Positions 1 through 11,500 of a stretch of DNA of 64,000 nucleotides are shown here, piece after piece; the stretch's first letter is position 1; each line of letters opens with the position of its first letter. Location of the stretch: contig OZ059898.1 of the NCBI GenBank assembly GCA_964057225.1, positions 10,044,001 to 10,108,000 on the forward strand. The letters run 5' to 3'. A model generated the notes under the pieces. It made no database searches, was not told the DNA's origin, and was given only the letters and a program-made list of their open reading frames with translations. The position numbers were made by a program, and so were the translations under genes. Source of the DNA: Auanema rhodensis (taxonomy: Eukaryota > Animalia > Nematoda).

Positions 1-2110
1 TTAGAAAAGAATTAAAGTTCAGCGATCTCTACTATTAACTGATTATCGGCTAAAATAAGGTAACAGTTTTTATTGAAAGTTTCCATGATTAAGATTAAAC
101 AAAGAAAAAAAATCAAAGAGAAACACTTCTTGTTTACTTATTTGATTATAATACTTGAAATTCCAAAAACAGTAGAATAAAATAGAGAAAGCGACGAAAA
201 AAGTTGAACGATTTGAAGAGAATTGTAAGTTTTAGAAAAGAATTAAAGTTCAGCTATCTCTACTATTAACTGATTATCGGCTAAAATAAGGTAACAGTTT
301 TTATTGAAAGTTTCCATGATTAAGATTAAACAAAGAAAAAAATCAAAGAGAAACACTTCTTGTTTACTTACTTGATTATAATACTTGAAATTCCAAAAAC
401 AGTAAAATAAAATTGAAAAAGCGACAAAAACAGTTGAACGATTTGAAGACAATTGTAAGTTGAAGAATAAAATTAAAGTTTAGCAGTCTCTACTATTAAC
501 TGAATGTCGGCTAAAATATGGTAACAGTTTTTATTAAAAGTTTCCATGATTAAGATTAAACAAAGAAAAAAAATCAAAGAGAAACACTTCTTGTTTACTT
601 ATTTGATTATAATACTTGAAATTCCAAAAACAGTAGAATAAAATAGAGAAAGCGACGAAAAAAGTTGAACGATTTGAAGAGAATTGTAAGTTTTAGAAAA
701 GAATTAAAGTTCAGCTATCTCTACTATTAACTGATTATCGGCTAAAATAAGGTAACAGTTTTTATTGAAAGTTTCCATGATTAAGATTAAACAAAGAAAA
801 AAATCAAAGAGAAACACTTCTTGTTTACTTACTTGATTATAATACTTGAAATTCCAAAAACAGTAAAATAAAATTGAAAAAGCGACAAAAACAGTTGAAC
901 GATTTGAAGACAATTGTAAGTTGAAGAATAAAATTAAAGTTTAGCAGTCTCTACTATTAACTGAATGTCGGCTAAAATATGGTAACAGTTTTTATTAAAA
1001 GTTTCCATGATTAAGATTAAACAAAGAAAAAAAATCAAAGAGAAACACTTCTTGTTTACTTATTTGATTATAATACTTGAAATTCCAAAAACAGTAGAAT
1101 AAAATAGAGAAAGAGACGAAAAAAGTTGAACGATTTGAAGAGAATTGTGAGTTTTAGAAAAGAATTAAAGTTTAGCTTTGTCTACTATTAACTGATTATC
1201 GGCTGAAATATGGTGACAGTTTTTTTTTAAAAGTTTCCATGATTAAGATTAATCAAAGAAAAAAAAATCAAAGAGAAACACTTCTTGTTCACTTATTTGA
1301 TTATAATACTTGAAATTCCGAAAACAGTAGAATAAAATAAAGAAAGCGACAAAAACAGTTGAACGATTTGAAGAGAATTGTAGGTTTAAGAAAAGATTTA
1401 AAGTTTAGCTTTGTCTACTATTAACTGATTATCGGCTGAAATATGGTGACAGTTTTTCATTAAAAGTTTCCATGATTAAGATTAAACAAAGAAAAAAAAA
1501 TCAAAGAGAAACACTTCTTGTTTACTTACTTGATTATAATACTTGAAATTCCAAAAACAGTAAAATAAAACTGTTAAAGCGAGTAAAACTGTTGAACGAT
1601 TTGAAGACAATTGTAAGTTGAAGAAAAAAATTAAAGTTTAGCTCTCTCTACTATTTAATGATTGTCGGCTAAAATATGGTAACAGTTTTTATTAAAAGTT
1701 TCCATGATTAAGATTGAACAAAGAAAAAAAAATCAAAGAGAAACACTTCTTGTTTACTTACTTGATTATAATACTTGAAATTCCAAAAACAGTAAAATAA
1801 AACTGTTAAAGCGAGTAAAACTGTTGAACGATTTGAAGACAATTGTAAGTTGAAGAAAAAAATTAAAGTTTAGCTCTCTCTACTATTTAATGATTGTCGG
1901 CTAAAATATGGTAACAGTTTTTATTAAAAGTTTCCATGATTAAGATTGAACAAAGAAAAAAAAATCAAAGAGAAACACTTCTTGTTTACTAATTTGATTA
2001 TAACACTTGAAAATCCAACAAAAGTAAAATAAAACTGTAAAAGCGAGTAAAACTGTTGAACTAAAACAGTCTTTATAAAATATAAATGATATTTTTTATA
2101 AAAGTGAAGT

Positions 2111-2181
2111 TGCATCGGCCGGGAATCGAACCCGGGTCGCCCGCGTGGCAGGCGAGCATTCTACCACTGAACCACCGATGC
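2111..2181 (-). tRNA. tRNA-Gly: tRNA-Gly(GCC)
   Basis: Minus strand GCATCGGTGGTTCAGTGGTAGAATGCTCGCCTGCCACGCGGGCGACCCGGGTTCGATTCCCGGCCGATGCA: full cloverleaf, A and B boxes, GCC anticodon, T4-5 run just downstream. Confidence 0.97.
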
Positions 2182-4132
2182 TTCGAAAATGTTAGATTGT
2201 TTCCGAAAAATCATGAAAAGTCAAGTTCTACTGATTTGAAGAAAATTGTAAGTTTTAGAAAATAATTAAAAATAAGTTCTCTCTACTATTAACTGATTGT
2301 CGGCTAAAATATGGTAACAGTTTTTATGAAAAGTTTCCATGATTAGGATTAAACAAAAAAAAGAATTAAAAAGAAACACTTCTTGTTTACTTATTTGATT
2401 ATAATACTTGAAATTCCAAAAACAGTAGAATAAAATAGAGAAAGAGACGAAAAAAGTTGAACGATTTGAAGAGAATTGTGAGTTTTAGAAAAGAATTAAA
2501 GTTTAGCTTTGTCTACTATTAACTGATTATCGGCTGAAATATGGTGACAGTTTTTTTTTAAAAGTTTCCATGATTAAGATTAATCAAAGAAAAAAAAATC
2601 AAAGAGAAACACTTCTTGTTTACTAATTTGATTATAACACTTGAAATTCCAACAAAAGTAAAGTAAAACTGTTAAAGCGAGTAAAACTGTTGAACAATTT
2701 GAAGACAATTGTAAGTTGAAGAATAAAATTAAAGTTTAGCTCTCTCTACTATTAACTGAATGTCGGCTAAAATATGGTAACAGTTTTTATTAAAAGTTTC
2801 CATGATTAAGATTAAACAAAGAAAAAAAATCAAAGAGAAAAACTTCTTGTTTACTAATTTGATTATAACACTTGAAATTCCAACAAAAGTAAAATAAAAC
2901 TGTGAAAGCGGGTAAAACTGTTGAACAATTTGAAGACAATTGTAACTTGAAGAATAAAATTAAAGTTTAGCTCTCTCTACTATTAACTGAATGTCGGCTA
3001 AAATATGGTAACAGTTTTTATTAAAAGTTTCCATGATTAAGATTAAACAAAGAAAAAAATCAAAGAGAAACACTTCTTGTTTACTTACTTGATTATAATA
3101 CTTGAAATTCCAAAAACAGTAAAATAAAATTGAAAAAGCGACAAAAACAGTTGAACGATTTGAAGACAATTGTAAGTTGAAGAATAAAATTAAAGTTTAG
3201 CTCTCTCTACTATTAACTGAATGTCGGCTAAAATATGGTAACAGTTTTTATTAAAAGTTTCCATGATTAAGATTAAACAAAGAAAAAAAATCAAAGAGAA
3301 ACACTTCTTGTTTACTTATTTGATTATAATACTTGAAATTCCAAAAACAGTAGAATAAAATAGAGAAAGAGACGAAAAAAGTTGAACGATTTGAAGAGAA
3401 TTGTGAGTTTTAGAAAAGAATTAAAGTTTAGCTTTGTCTACTATTAACTGATTATCGGCTGAAATATGGTGACAGTTTTTTTTCAAAAGTTTCCATGATT
3501 AAGATTAATCAAAGAAAAAAAAATCAAAGAGAAACACTTCTTGTTTACTAATTTGATTATAACACTTGAAATTCCAACAAAAGTAAAGTAAAACTGTTAA
3601 AGCGAGTAAAACTGTTGAACAATTTGAAGACAATTGTAAGTTGAAGAATAAAATTAAAGTTTAGCTATCTCTACTATTAACTGAATGTCGGCTAAAATAT
3701 GGTAACAGTTTTTATTAAAAGTTTCCATGATTAAGATTAAACAAAGAAAAAAAATCAAAGAGAAAAACTTCTTGTTTACTAATTTGATTATAACACTTGA
3801 AATTCCAACAAAAGTAAAATAAAACTGTGAAAGCGGGTAAAACTGTTGAACAATTTGAAGACAATTGTAAGTTGAAGAAAAAAATTAAAGTTTAGCTCTC
3901 TCTACTATTAACTGAATGTCGGCTAAAATATGGTAACAGTTTTTATTAAAAGTTTCCATGATTAAGATTAAACAAAGAAAAAAAATCAAAGAGAAACACT
4001 TCTTGTTTACTAATTTGATTATAACACTTGAAAATCCAACAAAAGTAAAATAAAACTGTAAAAGCGAGTAAAACTGTTGAAATAAAACAGTTTTTATTTT
4101 ATATAAATGATATTTTTTTATAAAAATGAAGT

Positions 4133-4203
4133 TGCATCGGCCGGGAATCGAACCCGGGTCGCCCGCGTGGCAGGCGAGCATTCTACCACTGAACCACCGA
4201 TGC
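4133..4203 (-). tRNA. tRNA-Gly: tRNA-Gly(GCC)
   Basis: Same 71-nt gene. Confidence 0.97.
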
Positions 4204-6391
4204 TTCGAAAATGTTAGATTGTTTCCGAAAAATCATGAAAAGTCAAGTTCTACTGATTTGAAGAAAATTGTAAGTTTTAGAAAATAATTAAAAATAAGTT
4301 CTCTCTACTATTAACTGATTGTCGGCTAAAATATGGTAACAGTTTTTATGAAAAGTTTCCATGATTAGGATTAAACAAAAAAAAGAATTAAAAAGAAACA
4401 CTTCTTGTTTACTTACTTGATTATACTACTTGAAATTCGAAAAAAAGTAAAAAACAATTGAGAAAGCGACATAAACAGTTGAACGATTTGAAGAGAATTG
4501 TAAGTTTAAGAAAAGATTTAAAGTTTAGCTTTGTCTACTATTAACTGATTATCGGCTGAAATATGGTGACAGTTTTTTATTAAAAGTTTCCATGATTAAG
4601 ATTAAACAAAGAAAAAAAAATCAAAGAGAAACACTTCTTGTTTACTTATTTGATTATAACACTTGAAATTCCAACAAAAGTAAAGTAAAACTGTTAAAGC
4701 GAGTAAAACTGTTGAACGATTTGAAGACAATTGTAAGTTGAAGAAAAAAATTAAAGTTTAGCTCTCTCTACTATTAACTGAATGTCGGCTGAAATGAGGT
4801 AACAGTTTTTATTAAAAGTTTCCATGATTTAGATTAAACAAAGAAAAAAATCAAAGAGAAACACTTCTTGTTTACTTATTTGATTATAATACTTGAAATT
4901 CCAAAAACAGAAGAATAAAATAGAGAAAGAGACGAAAAAAGTTGAACGATTTGAAGAGAATTGTGAGTTTTAGAAAAGAATTAAAGTTTAGCTTTGTCTA
5001 CTATTAACTGATTATCGGCTGAAATATGGTGACAGTTTTTTTTAAAAAGTTTCCATGATTAAGATTAATCAAAGAAAAAAAAATCAAAGAGAAACACTTC
5101 TTGTTTACTAATTTGATTATAACACTTGAAATTCCAACAAAAGTAAAGTAAAACTGTTAAAGCGAGTAAAACTGTTGAACAATTTGAAGACAATTGTAAG
5201 TTGAAGAATAAAATTAAAGTTTAGCTCTCTCTACTATTAACTGAATGTCGGCTAAAATATGGTAACAGTTTTTATTAAAAGTTTCCATGATTAAGATTGA
5301 ACAAAGAAAAAAAAATCAAAGAGAAACACTTCTTGTTTACTAATTCGATTATAACACTTGAAAATCCAACAAAAGTAAAATAAAACTGTAGAAGCGAGTA
5401 AAACTGTTGAACGATTTGAAGAGAATTGTGAGTTTTAGAAAAGAATTAAAGTTTAGCTTTGTCTACTATTAACTGATTATCGGCTGAAATATGGTGACAG
5501 TTTTTTTTTAAAAGTTTCCATGATTAAGATTAATCAAAGAAAAAAAAATCAAAGAGAAACACTTCTTGTTCACTTATTTGATTATAATACTTGAAATTCC
5601 GAAAACAGTAGAATAAAATAAAGAAAGCGACAAAAACAGTTGAACGATTTGAAGAGAATTGTAAGTTTAAGAAAAGATTTAAAGTTTAGCTTTGTCTACT
5701 ATTAACTGATTATCGGCTGAAATATGGTGACAGTTTTTCATTAAAAGTTTCCATGATTAAGATTAAACAAAGAAAAAAAAATCAAAGAGAAACACTTCTT
5801 GTTTACTTACTTGATTATAATACTTGAAATTCCAAAAACAGTAAAATAAAACTGTTAAAGCGAGTAAAACTGTTGAACGATTTGAAGACAATTGTAAGTT
5901 GAAGCAAAAAATTAAAGTTTAGCTCTCTCTACTATTTAATGATTGTCGGCTAAAATATGGTAACAGTTTTTATTAAAAGTTTCCATGATTAAGATTGAAC
6001 AAAGAAAAAAAAATCAAAGAGAAACACTTCTTGTTTACTTACTTGATTATAATACTTGAAATTCCAAAAACAGTAAAATAAAACTGTTAAAGCGAGTAAA
6101 ACTGTTGAACGATTTGAAGACAATTGTAAGTTGAAGAAAAAAATTAAAGTTTAGCTCTCTCTACTATTTAATGATTGTCGGCTAAAATATGGTAACAGTT
6201 TTTATTAAAAGTTTCCATGATTAAGATTGAACAAAGAAAAAAAAATCAAAGAGAAACACTTCTTGTTTACTAATTTGATTATAACACTTGAAAATCCAAC
6301 AAAAGTAAAATAAAACTGTAAAAGCGAGTAAAACTGTTGAACTAAAACAGTCTTTATAAAATATAAATGATATTTTTTATAAAAGTGAAGT

Positions 6392-6462
6392 TGCATCGGC
6401 CGGGAATCGAACCCGGGTCGCCCGCGTGGCAGGCGAGCATTCTACCACTGAACCACCGATGC
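6392..6462 (-). tRNA. tRNA-Gly: tRNA-Gly(GCC)
   Basis: Same 71-nt gene. Confidence 0.97.
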
Positions 6463-7949
6463 TTCGAAAATGTTAGATTGTTTCCGAAAAATCATGAAAA
6501 GTCAAGTTCTACTGATTTGAAGAAAATTGTAAGTTTTAGAAAATAATTAAAAATAAGTTCTCTCTACTATTAACTGATTGTCGGCTAAAATATGGTAACA
6601 GTTTTTATGAAAAGTTTCCATGATTAGGATTAAACAAAAAAAAGAATTAAAAAGAAACACTTCTTGTTTACTTATTTGATTATAATACTTGAAATTCCAA
6701 AAACAGTAGAATAAAATAGAGAAAGAGACGAAAAAAGTTGAACGATTTGAAGAGAATTGTGAGTTTTAGAAAAGAATTAAAGTTTAGCTTTGTCTACTAT
6801 TAACTGATTATCGGCTGAAATATGGTGACAGTTTTTTTTTAAAAGTTTCCATGATTAAGATTAATCAAAGAAAAAAAAATCAAAGAGAAACACTTCTTGT
6901 TTACTAATTTGATTATAACACTTGAAATTCCAACAAAAGTAAAGTAAAACTGTTAAAGCGAGTAAAACTGTTGAACAATTTGAAGACAATTGTAAGTTGA
7001 AGAATAAAATTAAAGTTTAGCTCTCTCTACTATTAACTGAATGTCGGCTAAAATATGGTAACAGTTTTTATTAAAAGTTTCCATGATTAAGATTAAACAA
7101 AGAAAAAAAATCAAAGAGAAAAACTTCTTGTTTACTAATTTGATTATAACACTTGAAATTCCAACAAAAGTAAAATAAAACTGTGAAAGCGGGTAAAACT
7201 GTTGAACAATTTGAAGACAATTGTAACTTGAAGAATAAAATTAAAGTTTAGCTCTCTCTACTATTAACTGAATGTCGGCTAAAATATGGTAACAGTTTTT
7301 ATTAAAAGTTTCCATGATTAAGATTAAACAAAGAAAAAAATCAAAGAGAAACACTTCTTGTTTACTTACTTGATTATAATACTTGAAATTCCAAAAACAG
7401 TAAAATAAAATTGAAAAAGCGACAAAAACAGTTGAACGATTTGAAGACAATTGTAAGTTGAAGAATAAAATTAAAGTTTAGCTCTCTCTACTATTAACTG
7501 AATGTCGGCTAAAATATGGTAACAGTTTTTATTAAAAGTTTCCATGATTAAGATTAAACAAAGAAAAAAAATCAAAGAGAAAAACTTCTTGTTTACTAAT
7601 TTGATTATAACACTTGAAATTCCAACAAAAGTAAAATAAAACTGTGAAAGCGGGTAAAACTGTTGAACAATTTGAAGACAATTGTAAGTTGAAGAAAAAA
7701 ATTAAAGTTTAGCTCTCTCTACTATTAACTGAATGTCGGCTAAAATATGGTAACAGTTTTTATTAAAAGTTTCCATGATTAAGATTAAACAAAGAAAAAA
7801 AATCAAAGAGAAACACTTCTTGTTTACTAATTTGATTATAACACTTGAAAATCCAACAAAAGTAAAATAAAACTGTAAAAGCGAGTAAAACTGTTGAAAT
7901 AAAACAGTTTTTATTTTATATAAATGATATTTTTTTATAAAAATGAAGT

Positions 7950-8020
7950 TGCATCGGCCGGGAATCGAACCCGGGTCGCCCGCGTGGCAGGCGAGCATTC
8001 TACCACTGAACCACCGATGC
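7950..8020 (-). tRNA. tRNA-Gly: tRNA-Gly(GCC)
   Basis: Same 71-nt gene. Confidence 0.97.
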
Positions 8021-9509
8021 TTCGAAAATGTTAGATTGTTTCCGAAAAATCATGAAAAGTCAAGTTCTACTGATTTGAAGAAAATTGTAAGTTTTAGAAA
8101 ATAATTAAAAATAAGTTCTCTCTACTATTAACTGATTGTCGGCTAAAATATGGTAACAGTTTTTATGAAAAGTTTCCATGATTAGGATTAAACAAAAAAA
8201 AGAATTAAAAAGAAACACTTCTTGTTTACTTACTTGATTATACTACTTGAAATTCGAAAAAAAGTAAAAAACAATTGAGAAAGCGACATAAACAGTTGAA
8301 CGATTTGAAGAGAATTGTAAGTTTAAGAAAAGATTTAAAGTTTAGCTTTGTCTACTATTAACTGATTATCGGCTGAAATATGGTGACAGTTTTTTATTAA
8401 AAGTTTCCATGATTAAGATTAAACAAAGAAAAAAAAATCAAAGAGAAACACTTCTTGTTTACTTATTTGATTATAACACTTGAAATTCCAACAAAAGTAA
8501 AGTAAAACTGTTAAAGCGAGTAAAACTGTTGAACGATTTGAAGACAATTGTAAGTTGAAGAAAAAAATTAAAGTTTAGCTCTCTCTACTATTAACTGAAT
8601 GTCGGCTGAAATGAGGTAACAGTTTTTATTAAAAGTTTCCATGATTTAGATTAAACAAAGAAAAAAATCAAAGAGAAACACTTCTTGTTTACTTATTTGA
8701 TTATAATACTTGAAATTCCAAAAACAGAAGAATAAAATAGAGAAAGAGACGAAAAAAGTTGAACGATTTGAAGAGAATTGTGAGTTTTAGAAAAGAATTA
8801 AAGTTTAGCTTTGTCTACTATTAACTGATTATCGGCTGAAATATGGTGACAGTTTTTTTTAAAAAGTTTCCATGATTAAGATTAATCAAAGAAAAAAAAA
8901 TCAAAGAGAAACACTTCTTGTTTACTAATTTGATTATAACACTTGAAATTCCAACAAAAGTAAAGTAAAACTGTTAAAGCGAGTAAAACTGTTGAACAAT
9001 TTGAAGACAATTGTAAGTTGAAGAATAAAATTAAAGTTTAGCTCTCTCTACTATTAACTGAATGTCGGCTAAAATATGGTAACAGTTTTTATTAAAAGTT
9101 TCCATGATTAAGATTAAACAAAGAAAAAAAATCAAAGAGAAAAACTTCTTGTTTACTAATTTGATTATAACACTTGAAATTCCAACAAAAGTAAAATAAA
9201 ACTGTGAAAGCGGGTAAAACTGTTGAACAATTTGAAGACAATTGTAAGTTGAAGAATAAAATTAAAGTTTAGCTCTCTCTACTATTAACTGAATGTCGGC
9301 TAAAATATGGTAACAGTTTTTATTAAAAGTTTCCATGATTAAGATTAAACAAAGAAAAAAAATCAAAGAGAAACACTTCTTGTTTACTAATTTGATTATA
9401 ACACTTGAAAATCCAACAAAAGTAAAATAAAACTGTAAAAGCGAGTAAAACTGTTGAAATAAAACAGTTTTTATTTTATATAAATGATATTTTTTTATAA
9501 AAATGAAGT

Positions 9510-9580
9510 TGCATCGGCCGGGAATCGAACCCGGGTCGCCCGCGTGGCAGGCGAGCATTCTACCACTGAACCACCGATGC
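9510..9580 (-). tRNA. tRNA-Gly: tRNA-Gly(GCC); element 1 is inserted 62 bp upstream
   Basis: Same 71-nt gene. Confidence 0.97.
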
Positions 9581-9642
9581 TTCGAAAATGTTAGATTGTT
9601 TCCGAAAAATCATGAAAAGTCAAGTTCTACTGATTTGAAGAA

Positions 9643-10055
9643 TGTTCCATACGTGTCCTATAAGTAGAGCGATTGACAACGTCAATCGCTTATAAAACGG
9701 AACATTATAAAAACAAATAGCTGACGCTACATTTGAGAAACAGGAATTCAATGCAACAATGAACGAACACTTTTTCATATTAAGTTTAATTAAAGAAAGC
9801 CCAATTCAAGCGGAACCAAGTTCCGCGGACCTGATATAACCACTTTTTATGCTCGTAAGGAATACTATATAAGGTTTCCTTACGAATCCTTTGGGCTGCG
9901 ACTAGGAATCATTATGTAACTTTTATTATTGTAATTTGTATACTTTATCATGAATAAACCTTTCTCTCTATACTCTTTATCATTTATATTTGGAAGAAAA
10001 GAAAGTAATTCCATGTGGTTACCCAGCCGGAACCCTGGGGAACCACCATGGAACG
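9643..10055 (+). repeat. 5' LTR of element 1 (TGTTCCAT...ATGGAACG)
   Basis: Identical by eye to 21479-21891; TATATAA at 9866-9872; AATAAA at 9953-9958. Confidence 0.96.
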
Positions 10056-10073
10056 TGGAGGTTCCGCCGAGAT
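10056..10073 (+). promoter_or_regulatory. Primer-binding site, tRNA-Gln
   Basis: TGGAGGTTCCGCCGAGAT directly after the LTR; complementary, with one G:U, to the metazoan tRNA-Gln 3' end ATCTCGGTGGAACCT-CCA (recalled, not searched). Confidence 0.85.
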
Positions 10074-10111
10074 TCGTCTATAACCGACGAATCTCTAAGA
10101 ACCATATTTCG

Positions 10112-10470
10112 CTACATAAATTTAATTTTGTTGTCTTTCATACATCTAATTAAAGAATTATATTTCGATTATGCTATATGAATTTAATTTGAAATCTTTC
10201 TCTTCTTTATTTCATTCATTCAAAGAACTTTATTTTGATTTTGATTCATAAATTAATTTTGAAATCTTATATACATTTATTTAAAAAGATATATTTTGAA
10301 ACAACTTAATTTTGAAATTTTATATTCATTCATTTAAAAGAAACATTTCGATTTTTATCCATATTCTAAGATCTTTCATTCATTTTTGAGGAAAAACTTT
10401 GTTTATAACTATCATAAATTAATTTGAAATTCTTTTATATTTATTCATTTAAAGAAAGGTATTTCGATAT
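10112..10470 (+). repeat. Degenerate ~60-75-bp AT-rich tandem repeat in element 1 leader
   Basis: Recurring aattaattttgaaatc...attcatttaaagaa...atttcgat, about 5-6 copies. Confidence 0.55.
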
Positions 10471-10671
10471 TTTTTTTTTCTGTCAATCTTTTCTTTTTCT
10501 GTTTTTTTTAATCAAAATCTATTCTATCTCTTATAAATTTTTGTTATAAAGTTTCAAACAATTTTTGAATCAAAAATGAATTAATTTCTTTTATGAATCA
10601 TCACAAAATTCATTGTTTTATATATATTAAAATCCATTAATTTCTATTCTATCCTTTAAAATGTATTACTC

Positions 10672-10674
<3 letters not shown>

Positions 10675-10716
<42 letters not shown>
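10675..10716. repeat. (TA)n microsatellite, about 21 units
   Basis: Directly visible. Confidence 0.95.
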
Positions 10717-10721
<5 letters not shown>

Positions 10722-11500
10722 GTACAAAACTATTCTATACTAGTACTATATTCCTACTATATTCCTACTATATTCCTATTTTATTTTTCTTTTATCTTCT
10801 TTTAAATTTTATCTTTTTCCCTCTCTTATTACTATTATTTTTTCTCTTCTTCCTAATATAACCCAGAAAACAGTCAAATAATTTTGAAATTTTTTTTTTA
10901 TCTGAATCCCGAAACTAAGATTTATAATTTTGCATTTTGATCCTAAAAGTAGCCCGTGAGAAGCAATACCAGACTGTCTCGAGAACTGAGCGGAGGCAAC
11001 CACTATTTTTGATATAAGACGTACGCATTCCTGATTTTGAAGATCCCTTTTTGGTCCTATTTTTGCAAATTTGAAAATTACGACAGAATTAGTCGAGAAT
11101 GAAAGTGTTAGAGTGGTCTCACCATGAAAATCAGGGGAGCAGAATTTCGTTAAGGGAGCGATTTCTGTGAATTTTCATAGGCAAGAGAAGTCTGGGAAAG
11201 TGAATGTACGAGGCCTGAGCACCTAATCTTGTCGAAAGACTGAAAGGGAATACTGCTTAGATCACCGTCGTATATTTCACGCCTATTCGAGAGATGGGAA
11301 CTTGATCCTAGAAAGGGCGCACCGGTCACAGGCCCGTGTATGTACCCGATTGAGCAATTCTCCGTTAGAAGATTCGCTGCAGGCTGGCCCCCTAGCAAGC
11401 GTCACGCATACAACCCCATATTGCCTCTCACGTTGTATATATATTTTTATAAGTTTCGCATCGTTGGTATAATAATTTCCTTTCCAGGAAAACCAACAAG

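Larger units (their letters stand above)
1..9642. repeat. AT-rich ~231-bp tandem satellite with interspersed tRNA-Gly cassettes (left block)
   Basis: Monomer motifs (ttagaaaagaattaaagtt...ctactattaactga...gtttccatgattaagatt...acacttcttgtttac...gttgaacgatttgaag) recur every 230-232 bp, e.g. at 1 and 232; continues off the left edge. Confidence 0.97.

Noticed and set aside
2062-2232. tRNA-derived SINE
   Set aside because: Intact cloverleaf with terminator, no body, tail or TSD, fixed position in the monomer
9639-9643. 5-bp TSD with LTR ending at GGAAC
   Set aside because: Flanks would be AAGAA versus GAGAA; the G is in both LTR copies and 4-bp AGAA restores the empty site exactly
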